From Patescibacteria group bacterium (GTDB lineage: Bacteria > Patescibacteriota > Patescibacteriia > 2-01-FULL-39-33), in NCBI GenBank assembly GCA_041650895.1, contig JBAZKF010000001.1:428132-492131 (forward strand): a DNA stretch of 64,000 bases, written 5' to 3'. The notes beneath the pieces are model-generated. The model did no database searches and was not told where the DNA came from. It worked only from the letters and a program-made list of their open reading frames with translations. Shown here piece by piece: positions 45,531 through 55,994 of the stretch (the stretch's first letter is position 1; each line of letters begins with the position of its first letter). The position numbers were made by a program, and so were the translations under genes.

Positions 45531-47501
45531 CTAATCGTAAAATTCAATCACATCCTTATCCTGAATCAAAGGCTTGCCCTCAAAAGTCACACCGCACTCT
45601 TGACCCTCATTAACATGCTCTACGACTTTGCGAAAACATTCCAGGCGAGTAACCTTGCCTACGGTAATGGCTTCGCCGGCGCGCACTACGATCGCCGTGT
45701 CAGTCGCCTTGATTTCTCCTTCAAGCACCCGGCCGCCGATAATCATATTGCCCGCCTCTTTGCGGAACACCCTGATTACTTCCAGTCTGCCCAAAAGCTT
45801 CTGTCGCTTTTCTTGCGATTGCAATATCTTAATCTGCTCTTCAATATATTCAATCAAATGATAAATGACTTCATAAAGCTTCACGTCAACTTTTTTGTCG
45901 CGCGCCAAGTTGGCCACAGTCTGAGCTGGTTTGACCTTAAAACCGATAATCTCCGCGTCTGACGCTTCGGCCTTAAGGACATCGGCCTCGGTAATGATGC
46001 CCAAACCCTTGCCGATAATTTTGACTTTGACTTCAGGCGTCTCCTTTTTGGCCAATGACTCAATAATCGCCTCTAACGATCCCAGTACATCAGCTTTGAT
46101 AATCAAATTAATGGTCTTAACCTTATCATTCTCTTCTTCGGTTTGGGGCAGGCCCATGACCGAAAAATCTTTTTGTTGGCCAATGCGGATCTTTCTCAAA
46201 TCGCGGTTAAAATTCTTGGCATCGCCGCAATCCTCCATAATAGAGCCGACTTCCGGCGCAAATTTCAAACCGATGATCTTGACCGGGGTGCCCGGCGTCG
46301 CTTCTTTGGCCTCGTCGCCCTTATAATCCTTAAGCGACCTGACCTTGCCGCATAAATCATGGCCGATGCATAGATTTTCACCGACACGCAAAGTGCCGGC
46401 CTGAACCAAAATGGTCGCGACAGCGCCTTCGCCTTTGCTCATATGAGATTCAATGATCGTGCCGATAGCCGGACGGTTAGGATCAGACATGATGGACTCG
46501 CTGTTTAAGTCGGCCAGAAGAATCAAAGTTTCCAATAAGTCATCAATGCCCGTTCCTTCCTTAGCTGAAACCGGACGGCAAATCACATTACCGCCCCAAT
46601 CCTCAGGCAGAAGACCGATGGTGGACAAATCTTTTTTGACTCGCTCAATATCCGCTTCGGGCCTATCTATTTTATTAATCGCCACCACAAACGGCAGTTT
46701 GGCGTCTTGGATGATTTTAATCGCCTCCTTGGTCTGCGGCTGAATACTATCATCAGCGGCAATAACCAGAATAGCAATATCGGCTACGCGCGCCCCGCGG
46801 CTGCGCATGGCGGTAAAGGCCTCATGGCCGGGAGTATCAATAAAGGTCAGGGCTCGATCATTGCGGCGAACCTGGTAGGCCCCGATATGCTGAGTAATGC
46901 CGCCGCTCTCAGTGGATACCACGTCGGTTTTCCTGATGGCGTCCAAAATCTTAGTCTTGCCGTGATCCACATGACCCATGACTACAATAACCGGCGGTCG
47001 GCTGATCTTATTGATATCATCTCCGGTCAGAATTTCCTTAAGTTTATCCTGCGCATCGGTCGTGGCCGCATCCTCAGCCGTACCTTCTTCCGGCAAAACC
47101 TTAAAACCCAACTCTTCGCCGATAATGGAGGCGGTATCAAAATCAATGCGCTCATTCATGGATGCCAAAACGCCGTTGCGCATCAGGGCAGTCAAAACCT
47201 TAGTGATGGGCAAGTTCATTAAAGCGGAAAACTCGCGTACGGTAATAACCGGCGGAACTTTAATTTCTCCGCCCAATAATTCGCCGGCGGCGGCGCTGAC
47301 CCCTTGCTGGCGAATTTCCGACAACCAGGCCTGTTCGCGTTCTCGGCGCTCCTTAGCCTTCCACGCTTCCACGATCTTCAAGGCCAAACGATCATCAACT
47401 TTAATGGCGCGCCGGCCGATATCAAAACCCATGCTGGGCAGTTTATCAAAAAGCTCATTAGAAGTTGTTCTTAGTCGTCTGGCTAATTCTGATACGTTCA
47501 T
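45531..47501 (-). CDS. infB: Translation initiation factor IF-2
   Basis: G-domain VVVMGHVDHGKTKILD, DTPGHEAF, NKID. 656 aa. Confidence 0.9.
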   Translation of the reverse strand: MNVSELARRLRTTSNELFDKLPSMGFDIGRRAIKVDDRLALKIVEAWKAKERREREQAWLSEIRQQGVSAAAGELLGGEIKVPPVITVREFSALMNLPITKVLTALMRNGVLASMNERIDFDTASIIGEELGFKVLPEEGTAEDAATTDAQDKLKEILTGDDINKISRPPVIVVMGHVDHGKTKILDAIRKTDVVSTESGGITQHIGAYQVRRNDRALTFIDTPGHEAFTAMRSRGARVADIAILVIAADDSIQPQTKEAIKIIQDAKLPFVVAINKIDRPEADIERVKKDLSTIGLLPEDWGGNVICRPVSAKEGTGIDDLLETLILLADLNSESIMSDPNRPAIGTIIESHMSKGEGAVATILVQAGTLRVGENLCIGHDLCGKVRSLKDYKGDEAKEATPGTPVKIIGLKFAPEVGSIMEDCGDAKNFNRDLRKIRIGQQKDFSVMGLPQTEEENDKVKTINLIIKADVLGSLEAIIESLAKKETPEVKVKIIGKGLGIITEADVLKAEASDAEIIGFKVKPAQTVANLARDKKVDVKLYEVIYHLIEYIEEQIKILQSQEKRQKLLGRLEVIRVFRKEAGNMIIGGRVLEGEIKATDTAIVVRAGEAITVGKVTRLECFRKVVEHVNEGQECGVTFEGKPLIQDKDVIEFYD

Positions 47502-47865
47502 TATGTTAAGTTAAAAATTTATAAAATCTGTAGTAATTAAAAGGTAATTGCAAATTGATAGCGTAAAACTGCCTTAACTATAACAAAATAAGCTAAAAAA
47601 ATCAAGCCTACAGGCAAATTGACAAAATTGAAATTTATTGTCAAATAGTCTATAGTAAAATAAAGACCCAGCCGACAAAGCCGACTGGGCATAAAATGTT
47701 CAAAAACAACGCCAAAAATTAAGGCAATGGGACAGCTCCTATTGCTTTTACTGCCGAGATAGCTCAAATAAAAAACACCCTTACCTTTTGAATTATCGCG
47801 TATAAAGCGACTAAACGCGTCCATAGTATTATCGGCAAGATCTTCTGTGATGATTTTGATATTTG

Positions 47866-48225
47866 TCAGAGATAGCTGAAGACCAAAGTATTCCAACCGT
47901 CTTCAGGAATCTCCCCGGCCCAAAGGAAAAATATGGCTCTTCCTCCGCCAGTCGCGCTACAAGCATAGTTAAAAAATCCATCCGCAAAATCACTGACGGC
48001 CTTATCGCTCGCTCCAACCTCCAAGGAAAATCCTACGTCAAAACCCCAACGTTTCTTAATGGCGTTGCCACCAATCATCAACGCGCGCGTATCTTTGGTA
48101 TACCCAAGAGAAATCTCGTCGCCGTGACGCATAACCGCGGCTAACCCTTCAAACTCATCCTGTTCTTCGGGATTGCTGGCAATCAGCGTTAATTGTTTCT
48201 CTTCCGGATCATAAGTCGCTTTCAT
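47866..48225 (-). CDS. Hypothetical protein (120 aa)
   Basis: Strong RBS gaggagg before MKATYDPEEK. The ORF opens further upstream at 48306. Confidence 0.45.
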   Translation of the reverse strand: MKATYDPEEKQLTLIASNPEEQDEFEGLAAVMRHGDEISLGYTKDTRALMIGGNAIKKRWGFDVGFSLEVGASDKAVSDFADGFFNYACSATGGGRAIFFLWAGEIPEDGWNTLVFSYL

Positions 48226-48266
48226 AACATTTCCTCCTCGATTCTTGGTTGCGGACAAATTAAAAA

Positions 48267-48488
48267 TCAATAAAAAGAATGAAGCGAAACTTCTTCTTCC
48301 CAACAATCAACAAAATTAAATTCTTCCTCTGCCAGCTTGTCGTCATCATCAAAAAAATGAAGGCGCACTTTTCTTCTTACCCGGTCAATACGGAAGATCC
48401 TTGCCCGATGGCCATTACGTTCATGATAAGGATTATCATTAGAAAAAAACCAAATTTCGCATCCGGACATCAAACGCGGAAGCTTCAT
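48267..48488 (-). CDS. Small hypothetical protein (73 aa)
   Basis: RBS aaaggaataatcATG. Confidence 0.35.
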   Translation of the reverse strand: MKLPRLMSGCEIWFFSNDNPYHERNGHRARIFRIDRVRRKVRLHFFDDDDKLAEEEFNFVDCWEEEVSLHSFY

Positions 48489-48584
48489 AATGATTATTCC
48501 TTTCGGCTTTTGCTTCAGCTTGCTTTATTTAATTGAAACGAACGATAAATCATTATATCTTAAATAATTAACTTTGTCAACAGT

Positions 48585-49412
48585 GTGTCTACATCACAAT
48601 CAGCCGTCATTCTGGACGGCAAAAAAATCGCCGATGAAATCCTTTTGGATATCAGTAAACAAATCATTGAGAGCGGATTGCAACCGGGTCTCGCCGCTAT
48701 TTTAGTCGGCAATGATCCGGCTTCGGAAATGTATGTCCGCTTAAAAGAAAAAGCTTGTTTTAATGTGGGTATTAATTTTCACAAATACCTGGGCGGCAAC
48801 GAGATCCTGCAAGATTTTGACGAGTCGGAACTAACTGAACTTATCGGATTTCTTAATCGCGATAAACAAGTTGATGGTATACTTTTACAATTGCCCTTGC
48901 CCGAAGAATTCAATCAAGACAAGATGGTTAAACTGATTGCGCCGGAAAAAGACGCGGATGGCTTTAATGGCGGACCTATAGTGCCACCGACTATTGCCGC
49001 GATTATTGAACTGCTAAAAGCGACGGGAGAAAATTTAACTGCTAAAAAAGCTTTGGTTATCGGCAAAAGCGATGTTTTTACCGGGGGAATAGAAAAATAC
49101 CTCAAACAAGAATTAGGAATTAAGAAGACCGTCGCCTCGCATTCTATACCAAGTGATTCAACTGATTTTGATATTATCATCATTGCCTTGGGCCAGGCAT
49201 ACGCTTTAAAGAGCTCCCAAATCAAAACCGGCGCCATCGTCATTGATGTGGGTATAAATAAAAAAGACGGGCAAATCGTCGGTGACGTTGACCCGTCTGT
49301 AAGAAGAGTGGCTGGCTGGCTTTCGCCCGTACCCGGCGGCGTCGGTCCGCTGACCGTCGCCTGTTTGCTAAGGAATGTTCTTGAACTGGCGAAAAAAAAT
49401 AAAGAAAAATAA
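48585..49412 (+). CDS. folD: Bifunctional methylenetetrahydrofolate dehydrogenase/cyclohydrolase
   Basis: AVILDGKKIA...AAILVGNDPASEMYV...GVGPLTVACLL. Confidence 0.85.
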   Translation: MSTSQSAVILDGKKIADEILLDISKQIIESGLQPGLAAILVGNDPASEMYVRLKEKACFNVGINFHKYLGGNEILQDFDESELTELIGFLNRDKQVDGILLQLPLPEEFNQDKMVKLIAPEKDADGFNGGPIVPPTIAAIIELLKATGENLTAKKALVIGKSDVFTGGIEKYLKQELGIKKTVASHSIPSDSTDFDIIIIALGQAYALKSSQIKTGAIVIDVGINKKDGQIVGDVDPSVRRVAGWLSPVPGGVGPLTVACLLRNVLELAKKNKEK

Positions 49413-49570
49413 TTTTCTTTTTGTTTTGCCGTCTCCGCATAAGGCCGTGCGGAATCTTATTGGGCCGATATTTATCAAACACATCAAACACGATAAATAA
49501 ATAAAAAAATAAAAATAAATCGCCGCCCCAACTTGTTACAGTTAGGGCGGCTTTTGTGTGCTACTCCGCG

Positions 49571-50059
49571 CTACTTTTTGCCGAAGCCGAGGCGATGTGC
49601 CAAGCGCTTGTACCAGGGGAGCTTCTCGGCCGCGAGCTCGGCGTTGACCGCGTCTTGCTTCGCCTCGAATTCCCGGCGTTCGGCCGAAACGGCATCGTCC
49701 AGGACACGCTCCATCGCTTCCGGGCCGGCCAACGTCAACGCCGTAAGAAGGAGGGCGGTGTTGTCGGGTGCCGACTTCTTCGACGCCAACGCGCGGTGGG
49801 GATCGGGCCGAGGCCGCCATCCCGCCGGTTTGGTGGGGACAGAATCTTTGATCGACGACGCCATAGGCTTCGCCTCCATCGCCTTACGGAGTGACCGAAG
49901 CGACATGGGACTCGCCGGCGCCCCGTTGACCGAGGCCATAATGAAAGGCGAACACCACTCCGGCACCGACAGGCCGTTCCGTTGAAAAAAACGCCGAGCT
50001 GTCCGCCGTTGCTGAGCATTTCCTCCTCGATTCTTGGGAGACTGGTCTTTCTTCAACAT
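49571..50059 (-). CDS. Hypothetical Ala/Arg/Pro-rich protein within a short GC-rich island. Low confidence. Alternative frames are open on both strands.
   Basis: The only frame with a coherent helical C-terminal domain (MERVLDDAVSAERREFEAKQDAVNAELAAEKLPWYKRLAHRLGF). Confidence 0.3.
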   Translation of the reverse strand: MLKKDQSPKNRGGNAQQRRTARRFFQRNGLSVPEWCSPFIMASVNGAPASPMSLRSLRKAMEAKPMASSIKDSVPTKPAGWRPRPDPHRALASKKSAPDNTALLLTALTLAGPEAMERVLDDAVSAERREFEAKQDAVNAELAAEKLPWYKRLAHRLGFGKK

Positions 50060-50522
50060 GGTTCTTCTCCTACCGATCGGCTTAGCCGTCGGCTTTCTAC
50101 TCCTTGTTCAGGAGTTCCTATTCCCCTTAATCAGGGGGATGCGAATCGGCGGGAATTACAGATTCCAGCCGAATTGTGAATGATCTTATGTTTCCATTAC
50201 CTCTTATCGCTAATATACCATTATAGCATACCAATAAAATTTTGTCAAGGGGTTTGTCCACAAGGATAACTCTATTATATCTTATATTAGCTAAATTTAA
50301 ACAAGATAAAATGCATCATATCTAAAATAAGCCAAAATTCAAAAATAACACCTATAAATCGCTTGACTGATTTTTTAATCAAAAAAAATTCAAAATCAAG
50401 AAGTTAAAATAAAAAAAGAAAAATCATAATTCATGTTTCAAAAACCTGAATTTCCTGATTTTATCCCCAATTAATTTACTGTAAATTTAAACAAAAAACA
50501 GCTATTTTGAACACATCAGCTA

Positions 50523-50551
50523 TTGACAAAATAATCTTGATGTGATACAAT
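50523..50551 (+). promoter_or_regulatory. Sigma70-type promoter TTGACA-N17-TGaTACAAT (extended -10)
   Basis: Exact -35 and an extended -10, about 70 nt upstream of the 50619 CDS. Confidence 0.5.
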
Positions 50552-50618
50552 GGTTAATCCTGAACACGAGGTCACCCAATATGATAGGGTGATTTTTTGT
50601 TGGGGCTAACCATTATTT

Positions 50619-51167
50619 ATGAACAAAAAAACAATCCAAAAAAATACGCTTGTCTTGGGAGGATTAGTCTTTTTATTGCAGATCTCCCTAGTGCCCATGG
50701 CGCAGGCCGCCGGCCTGTTTGATCAGGGAGAAATCGCCTATGCGACTGCCGCCACTTCGGCCGAACCAGTCATTTATAACCATGACCGAGAAGATAATGT
50801 AATCATCAGAGTAACCAAAACCGTTGAGGACACTATCGCCTTGAACAAGGTTATTGACGAACCCGAACCGACTATGGAACAGGTCAAAGAGTATGTTTTA
50901 AACGAGGCCAAAAAAGCCGGTTTAAACACCCGCGAAGTCGCGGCGATCGTTAACTGCGAATCCCGCTGGGATTATAAGGTGGTTTCTAAGCCCAATTATA
51001 ACGGTACCAAAGATATGGGTTTGTGGCAGATTAATTCTATCCATAAGAATATTTCTGACACTGACAAGTTGGATTTCAAAGCCGCCACCAAATGGGCTAT
51101 CGCCAAACGTTTGGACGATGGCAGTTGGTCGGCTTGGTCTTGTGCCAGAATCCTGGCTATCAGATAA
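50619..51167 (+). CDS. Secreted transglycosylase-like (Rpf/lytic transglycosylase-like) protein
   Basis: Signal peptide. The C-terminal NCESRWDY...GLWQIN...WSAWSC resembles the transglycosylase-like domain. Confidence 0.55.
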   Translation: MNKKTIQKNTLVLGGLVFLLQISLVPMAQAAGLFDQGEIAYATAATSAEPVIYNHDREDNVIIRVTKTVEDTIALNKVIDEPEPTMEQVKEYVLNEAKKAGLNTREVAAIVNCESRWDYKVVSKPNYNGTKDMGLWQINSIHKNISDTDKLDFKAATKWAIAKRLDDGSWSAWSCARILAIR

Positions 51168-51325
51168 CCTAACTCCGCCAATCGGCGAATAGAGATAAAA
51201 CACCTCCAAGCGGGGGTGTTTTATCGTAGCGACACGAGTTGAAATCCAGTCGATAATTTGTTATGCTACTTATACAATAATTTATTCAAACTAATGGATT
51301 CCTGCCTAAGCAGGAACAACCAGAT

Positions 51326-51397
51326 GGTCTGGTAGCCAAGTGGTAAGGCGACGGTCTGCAAAACCGTTATTCGGGGGTTCGATCCCCCCCCAGACCT
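51326..51397 (+). tRNA. tRNA-Cys (anticodon GCA)
   Basis: Acceptor GGTCTGG/CCAGACC, anticodon stem ACGGT/ACCGT, loop CTGCAAA, T-arm GGGGGTTCGATCCCCC. Confidence 0.8.
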
Positions 51398-51410
51398 TTT
51401 TTAAATTTTT

Positions 51411-51532
51411 GGGGGATCGAACTGGTTGGCAGTAAGGCCAGCGCGAGAGCGCGTAGCCGAAGGCCGATAGGCGCGACCATGGGAGCGCCTAGCGCCAACC
51501 CTGGACAAGCATCGCGAGAGCGATGCGCGAAA
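51411..51532 (+). ncRNA. GC-rich structured insert flanked by a 29-nt direct repeat of the tRNA-Cys 3' end (51382-51410 = 51533-51561)
   Basis: Hairpins cgcgAGAGcgcg, ggcgcGACCATGGGAgcgcc, gcatcgcGAGAgcgatgc. Contains CCCTGGACAA, as does the 12428-12608 insert. Confidence 0.4.
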
Positions 51533-51710
51533 ATCCCCCCCCAGACCTTTTTTAAATTTTTAGACTTTTTAGACCGCCCGTTTGCCAGACGGTCTTTTAT
51601 TGACAAAATTTAACGGTTATGATAGAATGACTTGTTAAGTTCTTTAACAATCAAATCACTGATAATCATTGGCGACAATAAACAACTGGGCTTAGCCCAA
51701 GGAGAAAACA

Positions 51711-52901
51711 ATGTTACTGCACCAATTAAAAAGCGAGGGAGACGGCAAATCCGCTACGATGGGCATCAGATGGTGCCTGTCGCCGGAACAGATTGAACGC
51801 TTGAAAGCGGAGGAGGGGGAAGTAAAAATCCTCCTTTCCGTCCTTCATATCAGGCAATTCAGTCAATGTGGGATTAAAAATTATGGCTATGAAGAAGAAA
51901 GCCGAAAGGTTTTACCTATAACCGAGGGAAGCACCTTCATCAGTTTCCGCAATCCCGGCCGGCATATTATTTGCGCCGGCATCATTGATGCCTCGAGTTG
52001 GTCATCGGAAAATTACTTGCAAATACAACAACGCTGTGCCGGCTTTAATTATTATAATTGTTTAATAATTAACGCTGCCAAAGCTTTTAGGGACAATGGA
52101 ACGACTGAAGGCATTGGCATGTACGATCGTCAACTTCTAACATCGAAGGACTTCGCCTTGCTTGAAGTTGATGTGGACGAAAAGTCCTTTGCTCCGGAAC
52201 CCCGAGATTACCGGCTGGTGAATTATTGGTTTGACACCAAGCCGATTGATCAATGCCACCACCGGAAACGCCGCTTCCTGGCATATTTTCTTACTATTGC
52301 CATATTGCCGATAATGCAGATTCTAAAAGTGTGGGCTTTCGCGATTGGTAACGTCTTTGTCGGCGTAACGCTGATAAACTGGCGCAGTATTTTTAAACCG
52401 TTAACCTATGGCGCTTTTTGTGACATATATTACTCCAAAATATTAAACTACATTGGTAAAAACGGAGAAATAAAAACAAAGAAATGGTGGAAGGTCTTGT
52501 TGAACTGGCGCTTCATTATCGGTTACGCCTGTCTCCTTCCTTTTATTGCCACCCTTATTGCCACCAATTGGTTGCTGCTGTTTGCAATCCTTTGCTGTTT
52601 GGGATTTGTCGGCGGTTCAGCGGCGGTTATTGGCCGCCTGATCGACAAATACCAATCGGAATCAAAGTTTGACCGGCAACAAAGAATGATTAAAAAACGC
52701 ATAGAAAAAGAAAGACTACTGGAACAAAAACAAATCAAGGAAGAAGAGTTACGGAAACAAAAACAAGCAAGGGAATTGGAGAGAATGGCTTGTTCCCTGT
52801 TGCCTGAAGAAATCAGCTATGCCACCTTGCCCAAGAAACCCATTCATTTGCGTCTTCAACATCTGAAATCCATGGTCTGCCGTCCCTTCGCCGGCAACTG
52901 A
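51711..52901 (+). CDS. Hypothetical polytopic membrane protein with a basic coiled-coil tail
   Basis: RBS aaggagaaaacaATG, followed by several TM helices. Confidence 0.45.
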   Translation: MLLHQLKSEGDGKSATMGIRWCLSPEQIERLKAEEGEVKILLSVLHIRQFSQCGIKNYGYEEESRKVLPITEGSTFISFRNPGRHIICAGIIDASSWSSENYLQIQQRCAGFNYYNCLIINAAKAFRDNGTTEGIGMYDRQLLTSKDFALLEVDVDEKSFAPEPRDYRLVNYWFDTKPIDQCHHRKRRFLAYFLTIAILPIMQILKVWAFAIGNVFVGVTLINWRSIFKPLTYGAFCDIYYSKILNYIGKNGEIKTKKWWKVLLNWRFIIGYACLLPFIATLIATNWLLLFAILCCLGFVGGSAAVIGRLIDKYQSESKFDRQQRMIKKRIEKERLLEQKQIKEEELRKQKQARELERMACSLLPEEISYATLPKKPIHLRLQHLKSMVCRPFAGN

Positions 52902-52984
52902 TCAATATCATTTTCGCACCTTTACCCCCGCATCTTGCAATGCGGGGTTTTTTGTTTATCCGGGTTATGCTATATTAATGGCAT

Positions 52985-53893
52985 ATGTCGCTAACCGCCC
53001 TGGAACAAGCCATTTTAGAAACTTTGATTTATTTCTCAGTCATTGATTATCCTTTGACGCTTTTGGAAATCAGGAAATTCTTGCCCCTGCCGGCCGAATT
53101 GTCGAAGGTGCTTTCGGCCTTAAACGGCACCGGACTGCGGTCGCTTGTCAATCATAATCGCGGTTTATATCATTTGTCTACCGATCAGCGCCTGCCGGCC
53201 TTGCGGCTCAAACGCTACCGCTTGGCTATCGCTAAAATGAAACGAGCTAAATTCTGGACGCGCCTGATCGCTCGGTTGCCTTATGTCAAAGCCGTAGCCG
53301 TCTACAGCTCGCTGGCCCTAAAAAATTCCAGCTCCGAAAGCGATATTGATCTGTTTATCATTACCGCCAGCGGACGTTTGTGGACCGCCAGATTCTTCGT
53401 CAATTCCTTCTTAAAATTTTTCCGTTTACGGGCGCAAGAAAAGAACACCAAAGACAAATTCTGCGCCAGCTACTTTGTCAGCGAAGAAAACCTGTCTTTA
53501 GCCAAGGTCAACCAGCCGGGGTGCTTCTTGCCCTACTACGAAGGCGCGACATTTCTGTTCGTTGCCGATGACAAAATCATCATAGAACAGTTTTTTTGCG
53601 CCAATAATTGGCTCAAAATCAAATTGCCCAATTGGCAACCGTCGCAAGTCCTAATCCGGCAAAGAACCGGCCGATTGTTCAAGGGCTTGAGAGAATTTAC
53701 GGCGGGACTAATTTCTGAAAGACACTACAAAAACTGGCAATGGCGGATTCTGCCCCAAAAATATTTTGACGCTTGCGACGGTCGCAACGTCATATTGGAT
53801 CCGGCCATAATTAAACTGCATCTGCGGGACAAACGACAAAACCATTGCCAATCGTTTCAAGAAAAATTAAATTCGCTCATCAGCCATGCTTAA
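52985..53893 (+). CDS. Putative nucleotidyltransferase-fold protein
   Basis: AVYSSLALKNSSSESDIDLFII fits the minimal nucleotidyltransferase motif [GS]-x9-13-DxD. Confidence 0.4.
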   Translation: MSLTALEQAILETLIYFSVIDYPLTLLEIRKFLPLPAELSKVLSALNGTGLRSLVNHNRGLYHLSTDQRLPALRLKRYRLAIAKMKRAKFWTRLIARLPYVKAVAVYSSLALKNSSSESDIDLFIITASGRLWTARFFVNSFLKFFRLRAQEKNTKDKFCASYFVSEENLSLAKVNQPGCFLPYYEGATFLFVADDKIIIEQFFCANNWLKIKLPNWQPSQVLIRQRTGRLFKGLREFTAGLISERHYKNWQWRILPQKYFDACDGRNVILDPAIIKLHLRDKRQNHCQSFQEKLNSLISHA

Positions 53894-55214
53894 AAAAATA
53901 TTAAACTTCTTAATCGTCTCATATCTTTTCCTGTTGCCCTGGCAGGCCGTTTATATTTTTGCTGAAAATTTCATCAACGGGGCTAAGTGGCAATACGGCA
54001 CCGGACAGGTTTATCTGACTGAACCTCTTTTGTGGCTGATAGTGTTGGTCTTCGTGATTGACCAGATCAATAGCAAGGGCTTTAAATCGCTCCTGCCTGA
54101 CTTTAAACCCTCAAAGACGATTGATAAAAAAAGAATAGCGGTAACCGGGGCTATTTGGCTGTTTGTCCTGTGGTCAGGACTATCCATTATTTGGTCGCCG
54201 GATCAATCGGCAACTTATTACCTGTGGTTGCATCTGCTGGAGGGCGCGACTCTGATGCTTATAATCCTCAACTCTCATCTGCGTCTAAAAAACATCCTTT
54301 GGCCTTTGGTTGCCTCGTCTTGGCCGGTCGCTCTTCTGGCCATCTGGCAGTTTCTGACTCAAAGCAATTTTTCCAGCGTCATCCTGGGGCTCTCGCCGCA
54401 TTCGGCCGCGGTTTTGGGCGACACAGTTATTGAAACAGGCACAGGTCGCTGGCTCAGGGCTTACGGACCATTTTCCCACCCCAATATCTTGGGCGGTTAT
54501 CTGGCCTTACTGTTTGGCGCGAGTTTAATCTTATGGCAACAAATTACTTGGCCGACTTTCCCCTCATTTAAACGGGAAAGCCAACGAATTTTCCTGCTGG
54601 TCAGCGTCTGCCTGATTTTTGCCGGTTTATTCTTCTCCTTTTCTCGTTCCGCCTGGCTGGCGGCTTTAGTTACTTTGATCCTCTGCCTCGGCTATTGGCT
54701 GAAAACCAAAAACCCTTGGCCGCAATATATCACCGTGATGCTGGCTCCATTTTTAATCTTCGCCGCTTGTTTTGTTATTTTTAATCCGCTGATTATCGCC
54801 CGGGCTGATTTGTCCAACCGTTTAGAAAGCAATTCTTTGATGCAACGTGAATCGCAGATTTCCCAAGCGCTTGATTTGATCGCGAGTCGGCCACTGATTG
54901 GCGCGGGATTAAACAATTACACTTACTTGTTGCATCAGCAATCGCCATTGTTACCGGCTTACCTTTTACAACCGGTCCATAATCTTTATCTTCTTGTCTT
55001 GGCTGAATTAGGGATTATCGGACTGATTATTATTCTCGGCTTGTTTTATGTAATTATCAAAAACGGCGAAAAATCCCCGGCTTTGTTGCCGCTAATTGCC
55101 TTATTAGTTATCAGCTTGTTCGATCATTACTTTCTCACCCAATACATCGGCCTAATAATCTTTTGGCTGGCCTTGACATTGCCGATAATTGATGATAAAG
55201 TGAAAAATCAATAG
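53886..55214 (+). CDS. O-antigen ligase/polymerase-like (Wzy_C) membrane protein
   Basis: About 10 TM helices with a loop GAGLNNYTY...PVHNLYLLVLAELG characteristic of the O-antigen ligase family. Confidence 0.55.
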   Translation: MLKKILNFLIVSYLFLLPWQAVYIFAENFINGAKWQYGTGQVYLTEPLLWLIVLVFVIDQINSKGFKSLLPDFKPSKTIDKKRIAVTGAIWLFVLWSGLSIIWSPDQSATYYLWLHLLEGATLMLIILNSHLRLKNILWPLVASSWPVALLAIWQFLTQSNFSSVILGLSPHSAAVLGDTVIETGTGRWLRAYGPFSHPNILGGYLALLFGASLILWQQITWPTFPSFKRESQRIFLLVSVCLIFAGLFFSFSRSAWLAALVTLILCLGYWLKTKNPWPQYITVMLAPFLIFAACFVIFNPLIIARADLSNRLESNSLMQRESQISQALDLIASRPLIGAGLNNYTYLLHQQSPLLPAYLLQPVHNLYLLVLAELGIIGLIIILGLFYVIIKNGEKSPALLPLIALLVISLFDHYFLTQYIGLIIFWLALTLPIIDDKVKNQ

Positions 55215-55250
55215 AACATTACCAACTGAAATCTACAGGAAGGAGGGGTT

Positions 55251-55865
55251 ATGATTGGATTCTCTTTGCCATCGCCAGTATTGGAAAGCCTATTAAAAAA
55301 ACGAATACTGGAAATCTCCGGAGACATAGACGCGGAAATGGGCGATTATATCCGAACCGCTTTCTCTTGGTTAATCACTGAAGGCGCGCCTGATATTATG
55401 ATTCTTTTTACTTCCACCGGCGGCAGCGTGGAACGCGGCCTAGAAATTTATGACATGCTTAAAGCCTATCCCGGAAAGAAAACCGGCGTGGTAATTGCTT
55501 TTGCCCAGTCCATGGCTGCAATAATTCTGCAAGCCTGCGATCGTCGATTAGTTTTGCCTCATTCAACCATTTTGGTCCATAATCCTAATCCCGCCCCCGA
55601 TACCAGAATAAAGTTCCACATGTTCGAAGACGGCACCTTAATGGAAAAAATTTATCCCCATCTGAAAGGATCCAGGCAAAAATTCATTGATATTATCGCC
55701 GGCCGAATCCGGGGCAAATCCACGGAAGAAATAGAAGCCTTGCTGGATGCGGGGAATGATCTGACAGCCGATGAAGCTATCGTTCTCGGATTGGCCGACG
55801 GCATACTGGAAAACTTAAATGAGTTGTCCGATCAACGGCCGGTCCGACCGAATCTTCCCGATTGA
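55251..55865 (+). CDS. ClpP-like serine peptidase (S14 family)
   Basis: TSTGGSVERGLEIYD, the Ser in AQSMAA and the His in LVHNP parallel the ClpP catalytic context. Confidence 0.6.
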   Translation: MIGFSLPSPVLESLLKKRILEISGDIDAEMGDYIRTAFSWLITEGAPDIMILFTSTGGSVERGLEIYDMLKAYPGKKTGVVIAFAQSMAAIILQACDRRLVLPHSTILVHNPNPAPDTRIKFHMFEDGTLMEKIYPHLKGSRQKFIDIIAGRIRGKSTEEIEALLDAGNDLTADEAIVLGLADGILENLNELSDQRPVRPNLPD

Positions 55866-55994
55866 ACCTTGGATTAAACCTTAAACGACCCGGATTGCCT
55901 TTGCAGTAATCCGGTTTTTGTTTGACTTAATCGCGCCGGTCTGATAGAATCGGCACATCAGCAAGAACCTTAAAATTAACAGAGGAGACAATAA

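Noticed and set aside
49533-49985. Plus-strand ORFs in the 49.5-50.0 kb GC-rich island
   Set aside because: Several mutually overlapping open frames exist on both strands. Only the minus-strand 49571-50059 frame has a non-repetitive helical segment, and the others are treated as composition artefacts.
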